Shown piece after piece: positions 7,467 to 14,974 of a stretch of DNA of 42,185 bases. Made by a program: the position numbers and the translations under genes. The notes under the pieces were generated by a model. That model worked only from the letters and a program-made list of their open reading frames with translations. It had not been told where the DNA came from and did no database searches. This DNA is from a bacterium (lineage in GTDB: Bacteria > Verrucomicrobiota > Kiritimatiellia > RFP12 > CAIWXQ01): NCBI GenBank assembly GCA_037129105.1, contig JBAXVM010000002.1, forward strand, positions 1-42,185, in the 5' to 3' direction. Numbering within the stretch: position 1 is the stretch's first letter; each line of letters starts with the position of its first letter.

Positions 7467-7550
7467 CGCCTGCCGAAACCAGCCGAGGCCTGTCGGCTCC
7501 TCTCGAGACCTCTCGACAGGCACCGACAGGCCTCGACAGGCCCCGAAAGG
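7467..7550 (+). repeat. Family D array 4
   Basis: The sequence is GCCTGCCGAAACCAGCCGAGGCCTGTCGGCTCCTCTCGAGACCTCTCGACAGGCACCGACAGGCCTCGACAGGCCCCGAAAGG. It lies between the four-helix-bundle gene and the kinase gene. Confidence 0.9.
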
Positions 7551-7552
7551 AA

Positions 7553-7608
7553 CCGCCCACCCGCCACCCGCCCACCCGCCCACCCGCCACCAACCACCCA
7601 CCACACCC
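7553..7608 (-). repeat. C-rich (plus strand) / G-tract (minus strand) low-complexity run directly upstream of the kinase start
   Basis: The plus strand reads CCGCCCACCCGCCACCCGCCCACCCGCCCACCCGCCACCAACCACCCACCACACCC. The minus strand therefore carries GGGTGGGCGGGTGGGCGGGTGGCGGGTGGGCGG, a run of GGG tracts separated by 1-nt loops. Confidence 0.85.
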
Positions 7609-9564
7609 ATGCTCCAAGAACACTCCATGCGACGGGTCCTCTGGCTCATGATCGGCGCGGTGCTCGTGCCGTGCCTGGTACTGGTCTGGGTGGGCACACG
7701 TTCGGTGCGGGAGGACCGCGCTCTGCAGGAAGTGCGCACCCGCGCTCTGACAGAGCAGACAGCGGTCCTGCTCCTGCGGGATGTGGAGGCTGCGCTGGCC
7801 GACTACGAGCAGCGACCAGCGCCACTGTTGCTCGCCCCCACGAGCGGCGTCTGTGCGCTCGCCGAGCGCCTAGGTGCGGCAGGCCTCGCGTGGCATGTGG
7901 ACGGGCAGCGTCTCCCCGCTGACCGTCCATTGCCGGAAGGCGCACTTGCCACGGACGGACCTGCCAGCCAACGGCGCGCACAGGCGCGCGCCGCGGAGTT
8001 GGCGGCGAATCTGCCGACGGCCGCCGAAGGGTATCGCGAAGCGCTGCGAATGCCGGTCGCCGGTGCCGACAAGGTCCTGCTACTTCTGGATCTGGCGCGC
8101 GTTCAAACGCGCATGGGCGAGAGTGCGGCAGCCAGGAAGATGCTGCAGGAGGCGCTGTCCACAGGCGCGCCCGCTCCGGGCGAGCGCGCGTTGCTGGTGG
8201 CACTGGCCGGCGAACTGGCCTGGCGCGCCAATGAGGCGGATGCCGCGGAGCGTGTGTGTCAGGCGCTCGAGCAGGTGCTCGACGCGGATGACGGCTCCGC
8301 TTGGAGCGCGTTTGCCCGGCGGCGTCTGGTGGCGTTGCTGTTGGAGAAGCCGTTGGCCGCCGGAGAGTCGCTGCTGGCGCAAAGTCGCGGCGCGGAGCTT
8401 TTCTGGGAGTGCTCGCGCCGGCTCCAGCGCGAGTTTGTGCTGGATGGAACGAATGTGGCAGGTGGTCTGCGTCTGTCGGTACCGGACGGCGAGACGAACC
8501 TGGTGTCGTTCATGCATGGCTCCAACGGCTGGGCTGTGGCGGCGTTCCCATGGGGAACGGTTGTGGCTGCCATGGAGCGCGTGTTGCGCCCGTATAACGA
8601 AAGCGTCGAGTTTGCCTGCGAGGTTGGCCCCGCGCCGGCGTCGCCGCCCGAGAATGCGCGCTCCGGCCTCGCAGCCACAAAAGCATCGACGCGGGTTGTC
8701 GGATTGACGGTGCGTGTGCGGGAGCGCGATCCGGCTCGTGCGGCGGCGCTGGCGGCACGCAAGGCCTGGAGCTGGGTGGGGCTGGTGGTGTGCGCTGCGG
8801 CGGCGCTGCTGTTCGGGGCCTGGCAGACGTATCGCGTGGTGCAGCGGCAGTTAGAGCTGGCGCGCATGCGCACGGACTTTGTCTCCAACGTCTCGCACGA
8901 ACTACGTACGCCAGTGACCACGGTGCGGTTGATGAGCGAGACGCTGAAAGCCGGCCGCGTTACAGAGGCCGGCGCCACGCGCGAATATCACGAGATCATT
9001 GCGCGGGAATCCGAGCGCCTGTCGCGGCTGGTGGATAATGTGCTGGATTTTGCGCGGCTGGAGGAGGGGCGCAAGCAGTTCCAGTTCGAGTCCGTGGATC
9101 TGCAGGCGCTGGCAGCCGGACTTTGCGGCACGTTTCGGGACTACTACGGCAAGGACGGCTACCGCTTCGAGCTGGTCTGCGCGGGCGAAGGTCCGTTCGA
9201 AGTGCAGGCCGATGCGGCGGCCATTGAGCAGGTGCTCTTCAACCTGTTGGACAATGCGGTTAAATACAGCCGCGAGGAGTCCCGTTGGGCGCGTGTCGCG
9301 CTGGAGGCGACCGGCGACTGGGTGACGCTGAGCGTGGAAGATCAGGGCGTCGGCATTCCGGAAAAGGAACGCGAACGCATCTTCGAGAAGTTCTACCGCT
9401 GCGGCGACGCCCTGACGCGCAAGGTGCGCGGCAGCGGCCTGGGCCTGACCCTGGTACGGCAGATCGTGCTCGCGCACGGCGGCGACATCCGCGTGGAAAG
9501 CCGCGTGGGCGAGGGGAGCAAGTTCAGCGTGCGTTTGCCCTCTACTTTGCCTATCAAGGCGTGA
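7609..9564 (+). CDS. Sensor histidine kinase with two TM segments and a large periplasmic domain
   Basis: H-box FVSNVSHELRTPV, N-box LFNLLDNAVKYS, G1 VEDQGVGIP, F-box IFEKFYR and G2 GSGLGLTLV. TM helices are at MRRVLWLMIGAVLVPCLVLVWV and AWSWVGLVVCAAAALLFGAW. The start could be 7609 or 7627, and neither has a Shine-Dalgarno sequence. Confidence 0.85.
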   Translation: MLQEHSMRRVLWLMIGAVLVPCLVLVWVGTRSVREDRALQEVRTRALTEQTAVLLLRDVEAALADYEQRPAPLLLAPTSGVCALAERLGAAGLAWHVDGQRLPADRPLPEGALATDGPASQRRAQARAAELAANLPTAAEGYREALRMPVAGADKVLLLLDLARVQTRMGESAAARKMLQEALSTGAPAPGERALLVALAGELAWRANEADAAERVCQALEQVLDADDGSAWSAFARRRLVALLLEKPLAAGESLLAQSRGAELFWECSRRLQREFVLDGTNVAGGLRLSVPDGETNLVSFMHGSNGWAVAAFPWGTVVAAMERVLRPYNESVEFACEVGPAPASPPENARSGLAATKASTRVVGLTVRVRERDPARAAALAARKAWSWVGLVVCAAAALLFGAWQTYRVVQRQLELARMRTDFVSNVSHELRTPVTTVRLMSETLKAGRVTEAGATREYHEIIARESERLSRLVDNVLDFARLEEGRKQFQFESVDLQALAAGLCGTFRDYYGKDGYRFELVCAGEGPFEVQADAAAIEQVLFNLLDNAVKYSREESRWARVALEATGDWVTLSVEDQGVGIPEKERERIFEKFYRCGDALTRKVRGSGLGLTLVRQIVLAHGGDIRVESRVGEGSKFSVRLPSTLPIKA

Positions 9565-9575
9565 GCTTGCGCCAG

Positions 9576-9689
9576 TCATGCGTTGGAGGTGGCCCGGGCG
9601 CTCCGCGCACGGGCAGGCGCATATTCGGCAACGGGCACTGTTTCTTGCCCGTGCGCAGCGCCCGGGCCATCTGGGTTGCCAACGCATGA
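9576..9689. repeat. Family E GC-rich hairpin just after the kinase stop (terminator-like, no T-tract)
   Basis: The outer 11-bp perfect IR pairs TCATGCGTTGG (9576-9586) with CCAACGCATGA (9679-9689). The inner arms GGCCCGGGCGCTCCGCGCACGGGCA and TGCCCGTGCGCAGCGCCCGGGCC are related to the 32-bp arms at 3094-3179. Confidence 0.8.
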
Positions 9690-9766
9690 CGGATGCCTTA
9701 CCAGAAGGCGCGGAGTAAAACCGAGACCACAGAACAATTTCCGGCTTTAGTGTGTTCAGTGGCTAA

Positions 9767-9790
9767 TCTCACACCTCTAGAGGTGTGAGA
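9767..9790. repeat. Perfect 24-bp CTAG-centred palindrome
   Basis: TCTCACACCTCTAGAGGTGTGAGA equals its own reverse complement. It lies in a lower-GC region with no credible ORF. Confidence 0.9.
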
Positions 9791-10154
9791 CGACATGCGC
9801 GACTTCGATCGATGCCGGGTACCGGCATATTATTCCCCACATGCAGCGGGCGCACGTGTCTCATAAACACGTGAGTGCGGCAGTAGTAATCCTGAAAATC
9901 AGGTTAATGCTGGCAAAAAAGAACGATTCGGCTCTTCTATAATGCGTCATTTCTCGCAACTTGCTTATCCGCCCGCATTTGCTTGTGGCTGCTTGTGCAT
10001 CCAACGCAGTTTCATTGGCGAGACAGCAAAAGGGAAGCTTTGGGACAGACTCCATGCTGCGCTGGGACCTTCGTGTCCTCCCGACACGTGACACGCGGTG
10101 CGCGTCACCCGCCACCCGCCTCCCGCCACGCGAAATTTATGTTTATTCAGCCGC

Positions 10155-10190
10155 TTGACGTACTAGGTGTCCTATGGTACATAGTACACC
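10155..10190 (+). promoter_or_regulatory. Putative promoter and YtrA-type operator abutting the gntR start codon
   Basis: A TTGACG -35 (10155-10160) is followed by a 17-nt spacer and TACATA (10178-10183). The imperfect palindrome GGTGTCCTATG-GTA-CATAGTACACC (10166-10190) has arms matching at 10 of 11 positions and ends 1 nt before ATG 10191. No SD is present, which is compatible with a leaderless transcript. Confidence 0.35.
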
Positions 10191-10571
10191 ATGTTTTTAC
10201 CGCACATAGGATTTCAGTCGGGCGTGCCGGTATACGAGCAGGTCATTTACGCCGTGAAGAAGGCAATGATCTCCGGCACCTTGAAACCGGGCGATGAATT
10301 TCCCTCGGTGCGCCGGTTAAGCCAGGAGCTGCGCATCAACCCCAATACCGCGCACAAGGTGGTGGCGGCGCTGACCGCCGAGGGGTTGCTGGAAGTCAAA
10401 CCCGGCATCGGCACCGTGGTGGCCGCCGCGCCAGAGGCGAGCGAGAAACAGCGCCAGGCCCTGCTCGGCAACGAAGTCGAACGCCTGGTGGTCGAAGCCC
10501 GGAATCTGGGCCTCGGCGTCAAGGACGTGACGGATGCGGTTCAGGCGCATTGGAAAAGGTTGCTTAAGTAG
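10191..10571 (+). CDS. GntR-family transcriptional regulator, YtrA subfamily
   Basis: At 126 aa it has the short YtrA-type length. The winged HTH is VPVYEQVIYAVKKAMISGTLKPGDEFPSVRRLSQELRINPNTAHKVVAALTAEGLLEVKPGIGTVV. It sits immediately upstream of an ABC ATPase. Confidence 0.85.
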   Translation: MFLPHIGFQSGVPVYEQVIYAVKKAMISGTLKPGDEFPSVRRLSQELRINPNTAHKVVAALTAEGLLEVKPGIGTVVAAAPEASEKQRQALLGNEVERLVVEARNLGLGVKDVTDAVQAHWKRLLK

Positions 10572-10580
10572 TCTGGAGAC

Positions 10581-10676
10581 AGGATTCAGGATTCAGAATT
10601 CAGGAGTCAGAATGAGAGACTGATCGAAGATGTTTGAAGATTCGCAGTCAATTCTGAATTCTGAATTCTGACTCCT
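10581..10676. repeat. Family I heptamer-built hairpin between gntR and the ABC ATPase gene
   Basis: The left arm is AGGATTC AGGATTC AGAATTC AGGAGTC AGAAT (10581-10613). The right arm is ATTCTGA ATTCTGA ATTCTGA CTCCT (10651-10676). The arms are complementary unit by unit. Confidence 0.85.
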
Positions 10677-10709
10677 ACCTCCCTAAGCAGTTTAAAGGAG
10701 AAACAAACC

Positions 10710-11630
10710 ATGACCAACGTAATCGAAACACAAGCCCTGACCCGCCGGTTCGGCAAAAATGAAGCGGTGCATGACTTGTCCATCCGCGTGCCGGCCGGGA
10801 GTATTTTTGCCTTCCTGGGACCGAACGGGGCTGGCAAGAGCACAACCATCAAGCTGCTGATGAACATCCTGGCGCCCACCGCCGGCAGTTCGTCCGTGCT
10901 GGGCGTGGAATCGTCCCGGCTGGGACCCGAGCAGTTCCAGCAGATCGGGTACGTGGCCGAGGATCAGCGCCTGCCGGAGTGGATGACGGTGGAGCAGTTC
11001 CTGAACTATGTGCGCCCCATGTACCCCACTTGGGATCCGGCGTTTTGCGCCACCCTGCGCAAACAGTTCGACCTGCCGCCGGACCGTAAGCTCAAGCAAC
11101 TCTCGCGCGGCATGCGCATGAAAGCCGCGCTGCTGGCCTCGCTGGCCTACCGGCCGAAGCTGCTGGTGCTGGATGAGCCGTTTTCCGGCTTGGATCCGCT
11201 GGTGCGCGACGAGTTTATCCGGGGCGTCCTGGAACTCACGGAACAGGAACAGTGGACGGTGTTTGTCTCTTCACACGACATTGACGAGGTGGAGCGCCTG
11301 GCCGACTGGGTCGGTATCGTCAACAATGGCGTTCTACAACTTGAAGAATCGGTGAACGATTTGCAGGCCCGGTTTCGTCGCATGGAACTCGTGGTGCAGG
11401 AGCGCATGCGCCTGCCGACTGTGCTGCCGTCCCATTGGCTGGTGCCGGAACAGGCGGCGCACGCCGTCCATTACGTGGACAGCCAATACGAGGAACAGAA
11501 GAGTGAGGCCGTTGCGCGGGAGGTAATCCCGACCTGCACGCAGTGCAGCGCGACGCCGATGTCGTTACGAGAAATCTTCCTGGCTCTGGCGCGTACCTAC
11601 CGCCTGGCCTCGACGGAGGGGACACGATGA
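10710..11630 (+). CDS. ABC transporter ATP-binding protein
   Basis: Walker A GPNGAGKSTT, signature LSRGMRMK, Walker B LLVLDEPFSGLD. A strong SD (AAAGGAG) lies upstream of ATG 10710. Confidence 0.9.
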   Translation: MTNVIETQALTRRFGKNEAVHDLSIRVPAGSIFAFLGPNGAGKSTTIKLLMNILAPTAGSSSVLGVESSRLGPEQFQQIGYVAEDQRLPEWMTVEQFLNYVRPMYPTWDPAFCATLRKQFDLPPDRKLKQLSRGMRMKAALLASLAYRPKLLVLDEPFSGLDPLVRDEFIRGVLELTEQEQWTVFVSSHDIDEVERLADWVGIVNNGVLQLEESVNDLQARFRRMELVVQERMRLPTVLPSHWLVPEQAAHAVHYVDSQYEEQKSEAVAREVIPTCTQCSATPMSLREIFLALARTYRLASTEGTR

Positions 11631-14146
11631 ACATGCTCATGCACAACATGAAGAAGGATATCCGCCATTTCCGAATCTTGCTGATCCTGTGGTTTGCGTT
11701 GTTGCTTCTGCAAACGGCGGTCAGCGGATTTGGCGCCACGGTTGGCGCCGCGAATATCGTCATGACAATCACTCTCAAGACGCTGGCCACGCTGATGCCG
11801 TTATTGCAGTGCGTGCTGATCGTGGCGATGATTCCGCTGCTGATTCACGATGAACCGCTGGTTGGCACTACCGCCTTCTGGTTCACCCGCCCCATAGCCA
11901 GGAAGACGCTGCTCTCAAGCAAGGCGCTCTTTGCCGGCGCGTTTCTTGTTCTTCCGCAAGTGGTCGTCCAGATGATCTTGCTGGCCGGCACCGGAATCTC
12001 GGCTGGGCATCTGCTGCTGGCGGTCTTCGAAACCCTTCTCCAAAGCCTGTCTTATTTACTGGTAGTGGCAGGCCTGGCGGTTTTGACACCCAACTTCGCG
12101 CGCTTTGCCCTGGTGGGGGTGATCTGTTTTGTGGTCGCCATGGTGATTGCGTTCTGCGTGTCCATGGTTCGGCTATTTCTGGACCCGGAAGGCATGGCTG
12201 CGCAGATGGAGCAGCACTATACGCTGCAATTGTCGCGGAGTATTGTCAGTTCGCTGCTGATGATTGCGACCGGCACGGTGGTGGTATGGCACCAGTACCT
12301 GACGCGCCGCAGCGTACGTTCCTTCGTGATGTCTGTCATGGGTATCCTTCTCTGTTTCGTTGCCGGTCAGAAGTGGCCGTGGGATTTCCTGGCTGTTCCA
12401 CGCGTGGCGGTGAGTTCGGCGCTGGTGGATACCAACCGGGTCGTGTTGGCCCTGGACCGGGTACATGGCACCAGCCTCTCGGAGTCGAGTTCGTTTCTCG
12501 GAAATGCCAAGAAGAAGCGCCATGTCAGCAGTGGCCTTGCGATCACCGGACTGCCGGAAAGCGTGTTTACGAAATTCACTGTCGAAAAGGCCATATTGAC
12601 CCTGCCGGATGGGAAGGCGGGGCCTGTCGCGGAGCCGTCTTCCGCCATATCGTATGACGATTCCAGGGGCTGGCATGAGGTTGCGCTGATGGATGCGCTA
12701 GGAAATATGACAGTCGTAAATTCGTTTAACTTGTTGGGCACAATCAATCGGTTTAATACAACGCACCTGCTGACCCTGTCAGAAGACAACTTCCTGGCAT
12801 GTGAAAGCAAGGAGATGAATCTTTCGCTGACTGTGGATGTCGAGACGTTCCGGTATCGGGTGGTGGCTTCGATTCCCCTTCGGAAGAAGGCGTATGCCGA
12901 ACAGGGAACGCGGCAGACCTTGATTACGGACATCGTGCGTGCCACGCAAGGATGCACGGTCATGCTGCGCGAACGCTGGGTCAATTTGCAATACGCCAGG
13001 GAAGCGCGACTGCGTTCTATGCGGGAGCGCTTCACGAATAAGAGCGGATGGCTTTACGTTCTCTGCAATCGCAAACGTCAGCAGGCGGTATTGCCGGAAG
13101 ACGTTCACGAATCCGTTAACTTCACCTTCGACTCGAATGCCCACCTGCGCATGGAAAACCAGCAATTGCGGTTTGCCAACGACCGGAACTACCGGCTGGA
13201 TTTCCAGTTGGATGACAACTGGCTGGCAGATGCTGAGCTTGTGTGCATCGAGTGCGTCAGCGAAGGCCATTTTATCAAGCGTCTGGATGAGAAAGCCTTT
13301 GTCATTCAAGACGATCAGAAAAAAAAGATGCGCCAACAACAAGAAAAAGGGGTTGACTTGGAGGCCTTGAAGAAGATCGTTCTTCCTGAGAAACCAACGC
13401 CAGACCAGGTTCGCGAGTATGTGAATGCGATTGTCGAGACCGCAAACTATCAGCAACAAAACTCTCCCGCTGACCCGCAAGTGGAGATGCTCCTGCGGGT
13501 AGGGCCTGAGAATCTGGACGTGTTGATCGCCGCATCGGACGACTTCTATGTGCGAAAGGCGGTGGAACGGCTTTTGGGCGCGCAACACAAGGAGATTGTC
13601 CTGAAGTCGCTTCCTCGTCACCCATGGCTGGCCTCCTTTGTGCTGGCGCAGGACTGGGCACAGGACGCGCGCGAGCCGCTGATCCAAAGTTTGCGTACGG
13701 GCGGCAACAATAGCGACGTGGTACGTGCGGTCGCCAGTCTGCGCGATCCGGCCACGTATCCGGATTTGCTCACGGCCTTGTCTACCAGCGTCCGATCGTG
13801 GGGCGGTGAGATCGCGGCCGCGAACTATGCCGCCATCCGGGACCTACCGGAAATCGATTTCACCAACACGGTTGCCAAAGCCTGGCGCACCGTGCAGTTT
13901 CATCCGAACGCCATGCGTATCCCGGTGCTGCCGATGGCCTTGGAGTGCGGTCAGCGTAGCGCGCTTGACGTGGCGGCAAAATGGACGGATGAACGCGGCA
14001 ACGACGTAGTCAACGCCGACCAACTCCGCACCGCCATCTGGAAGCATGTGGAGGCCGATACGAATCAGTCACTTCAGGTTTGGGTCAATGCCAACACGGA
14101 CCGCATCCGTTTTGATTCAGCGACAAAGAGATTCACGATAAAATGA
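11627..14146 (+). CDS. ABC-2-like permease domain fused to a roughly 590-aa extracytoplasmic region with a HEAT-like C-terminus
   Basis: ATG 11627 overlaps the upstream stop (ATGA). The N-terminal ~250 aa contain about six hydrophobic helices (ILLILWFALLLLQ, LMPLLQCVLIVAMIPLL and others). The rest is hydrophilic with no motif I recognise, apart from HEAT-like helices near the C-terminus. Confidence 0.65.
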   Translation: MNMLMHNMKKDIRHFRILLILWFALLLLQTAVSGFGATVGAANIVMTITLKTLATLMPLLQCVLIVAMIPLLIHDEPLVGTTAFWFTRPIARKTLLSSKALFAGAFLVLPQVVVQMILLAGTGISAGHLLLAVFETLLQSLSYLLVVAGLAVLTPNFARFALVGVICFVVAMVIAFCVSMVRLFLDPEGMAAQMEQHYTLQLSRSIVSSLLMIATGTVVVWHQYLTRRSVRSFVMSVMGILLCFVAGQKWPWDFLAVPRVAVSSALVDTNRVVLALDRVHGTSLSESSSFLGNAKKKRHVSSGLAITGLPESVFTKFTVEKAILTLPDGKAGPVAEPSSAISYDDSRGWHEVALMDALGNMTVVNSFNLLGTINRFNTTHLLTLSEDNFLACESKEMNLSLTVDVETFRYRVVASIPLRKKAYAEQGTRQTLITDIVRATQGCTVMLRERWVNLQYAREARLRSMRERFTNKSGWLYVLCNRKRQQAVLPEDVHESVNFTFDSNAHLRMENQQLRFANDRNYRLDFQLDDNWLADAELVCIECVSEGHFIKRLDEKAFVIQDDQKKKMRQQQEKGVDLEALKKIVLPEKPTPDQVREYVNAIVETANYQQQNSPADPQVEMLLRVGPENLDVLIAASDDFYVRKAVERLLGAQHKEIVLKSLPRHPWLASFVLAQDWAQDAREPLIQSLRTGGNNSDVVRAVASLRDPATYPDLLTALSTSVRSWGGEIAAANYAAIRDLPEIDFTNTVAKAWRTVQFHPNAMRIPVLPMALECGQRSALDVAAKWTDERGNDVVNADQLRTAIWKHVEADTNQSLQVWVNANTDRIRFDSATKRFTIK

Positions 14147-14319
14147 ATGAGAATTCACAATACGCTGTGGGCTGGGGAACGCTTTCGCTGATCAACGCGG
14201 GGCTTGCCCAAAGCAAAGGTCGTAGCGGTTTGGCGTGGTGGTTGTTGTCTCTTTTGCTTGGACCGATTGCAACCCTATTGATCGTCGTGCTGGACCCGAT
14301 CCGCAAAACAGTGGAGTGA
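14143..14319 (+). CDS. Small (58 aa) two-TM membrane protein
   Basis: It is below the ORF-track size cutoff, so I translated it by hand: MNENSQYAVGWGTLSLINAGLAQSKGRSGLAWWLLSLLLGPIATLLIVVLDPIRKTVE. The ATG overlaps the upstream TGA (ATGA), which suggests translational coupling. Confidence 0.45.
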   Translation: MNENSQYAVGWGTLSLINAGLAQSKGRSGLAWWLLSLLLGPIATLLIVVLDPIRKTVE

Positions 14320-14576
14320 TTTGCGGTTGGTTGGTATCCATGGTCTGGCGCTGATTGGGCTTGTTGATTCTCAAGAACACAGGACATTGCGCGGCAGCAA
14401 TCAACACGCCGCGGATACGATTCCGGATCTCTTTCCGGGCGCCGTCGCGCAGGGGCTGGTGGCACAGGACATCGGGTGGCTGACGTCATTCAAACTCGCC
14501 CTGTTTTTGGCGGTTATTTCAAGCATAGTCGCCGGGATGCGGGGAACGGGAGAAAACGAATGAGAACAATAAAGTT

Positions 14577-14649
14577 GTTTGAACAGGAGGCAACGGAGAA
14601 AACAGAGCAAGGCAACCCTCCGTTCTCTCTGTTGCCTCCTGTTTCAAAC
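14577..14649. repeat. Family H hairpin
   Basis: GTTTGAACAGGAGGCAACGGAGAAAACAGAG...CTCCGTTCTCTCTGTTGCCTCCTGTTTCAAAC forms a stem of about 20 bp. Related half-sites lie at 31313-31327 and 31646-31658. Confidence 0.8.
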
Positions 14650-14725
14650 TGGATTAGGTTGCGGGCTGTTGCCCGCCTTGGAACCGGAAGAAGGGCGTGA
14701 GAAAGAAAGGAAGGAAACAGCGAAA

Positions 14726-14974
14726 ATGACAACGCGACACATGGTGGCGGTATTGGCGGCGGTAGCAATGGTGAGCGGCCTCACGGGGTGCGCGATGTTC
14801 AACAGGGGAACAGTACACTACAATCGCACGACGACAATCGGTAAAGAGTTGGTTGATTTGCAGGATGCCAAGGCGAAGGGAGCCATCTCGGACGAGGAGT
14901 ACACCAAGGCCAAAAAGGAGATACTGGAAGGCGGTCCGCTGAAGGTCGAAAGAATGTGTGCAGAGACGAAGTAA
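14726..14974 (+). CDS. Lipoprotein with a SHOCT-like C-terminal domain
   Basis: Internal ATG of ORF 14579..14974. The lipobox reads MVAVLAAVAMVSGLTGC. The SHOCT-like segment is ELVDLQDAKAKGAISDEEYTKAKKEIL. Confidence 0.6.
   Translation: MTTRHMVAVLAAVAMVSGLTGCAMFNRGTVHYNRTTTIGKELVDLQDAKAKGAISDEEYTKAKKEILEGGPLKVERMCAETK

Noticed and set aside
3283-7550. Whether the CCTGTCG/CGACAGG arrays could be CRISPR arrays or integron attC sites.
   Set aside because: The units are only 10 bp, directly abutting, with no unique spacers, and no cas genes are present. No integron integrase and no GTTRRRY/RYYYAAC core sites were seen, so I describe them as a separate repeat class.
6392-7651. A 419-aa plus-strand ORF spanning the end of the TPR/HEAT gene, array 3, the four-helix-bundle gene and array 4.
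   Set aside because: Its composition is extremely Arg/Pro-rich. It reads through the repeat arrays and is out of frame with the well-supported 6708..7454 CDS.
13319-13326. An A8 homopolymer inside CDS 11627-14146, and an A7 run at about 15659-15665 inside the second ABC ATPase gene, considered as slippage-prone phase-variation sites.
   Set aside because: The runs are short, both genes are intact, and I have no population data. I note it only as a curiosity.
14321-14563. An 80-aa plus-strand ORF with a TTG start, between the 58-aa membrane protein gene and the lipoprotein gene.
   Set aside because: It has a non-ATG start without an RBS and no recognisable motif. Only the last ~25 residues are hydrophobic. 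It might be real, but I cannot support it.
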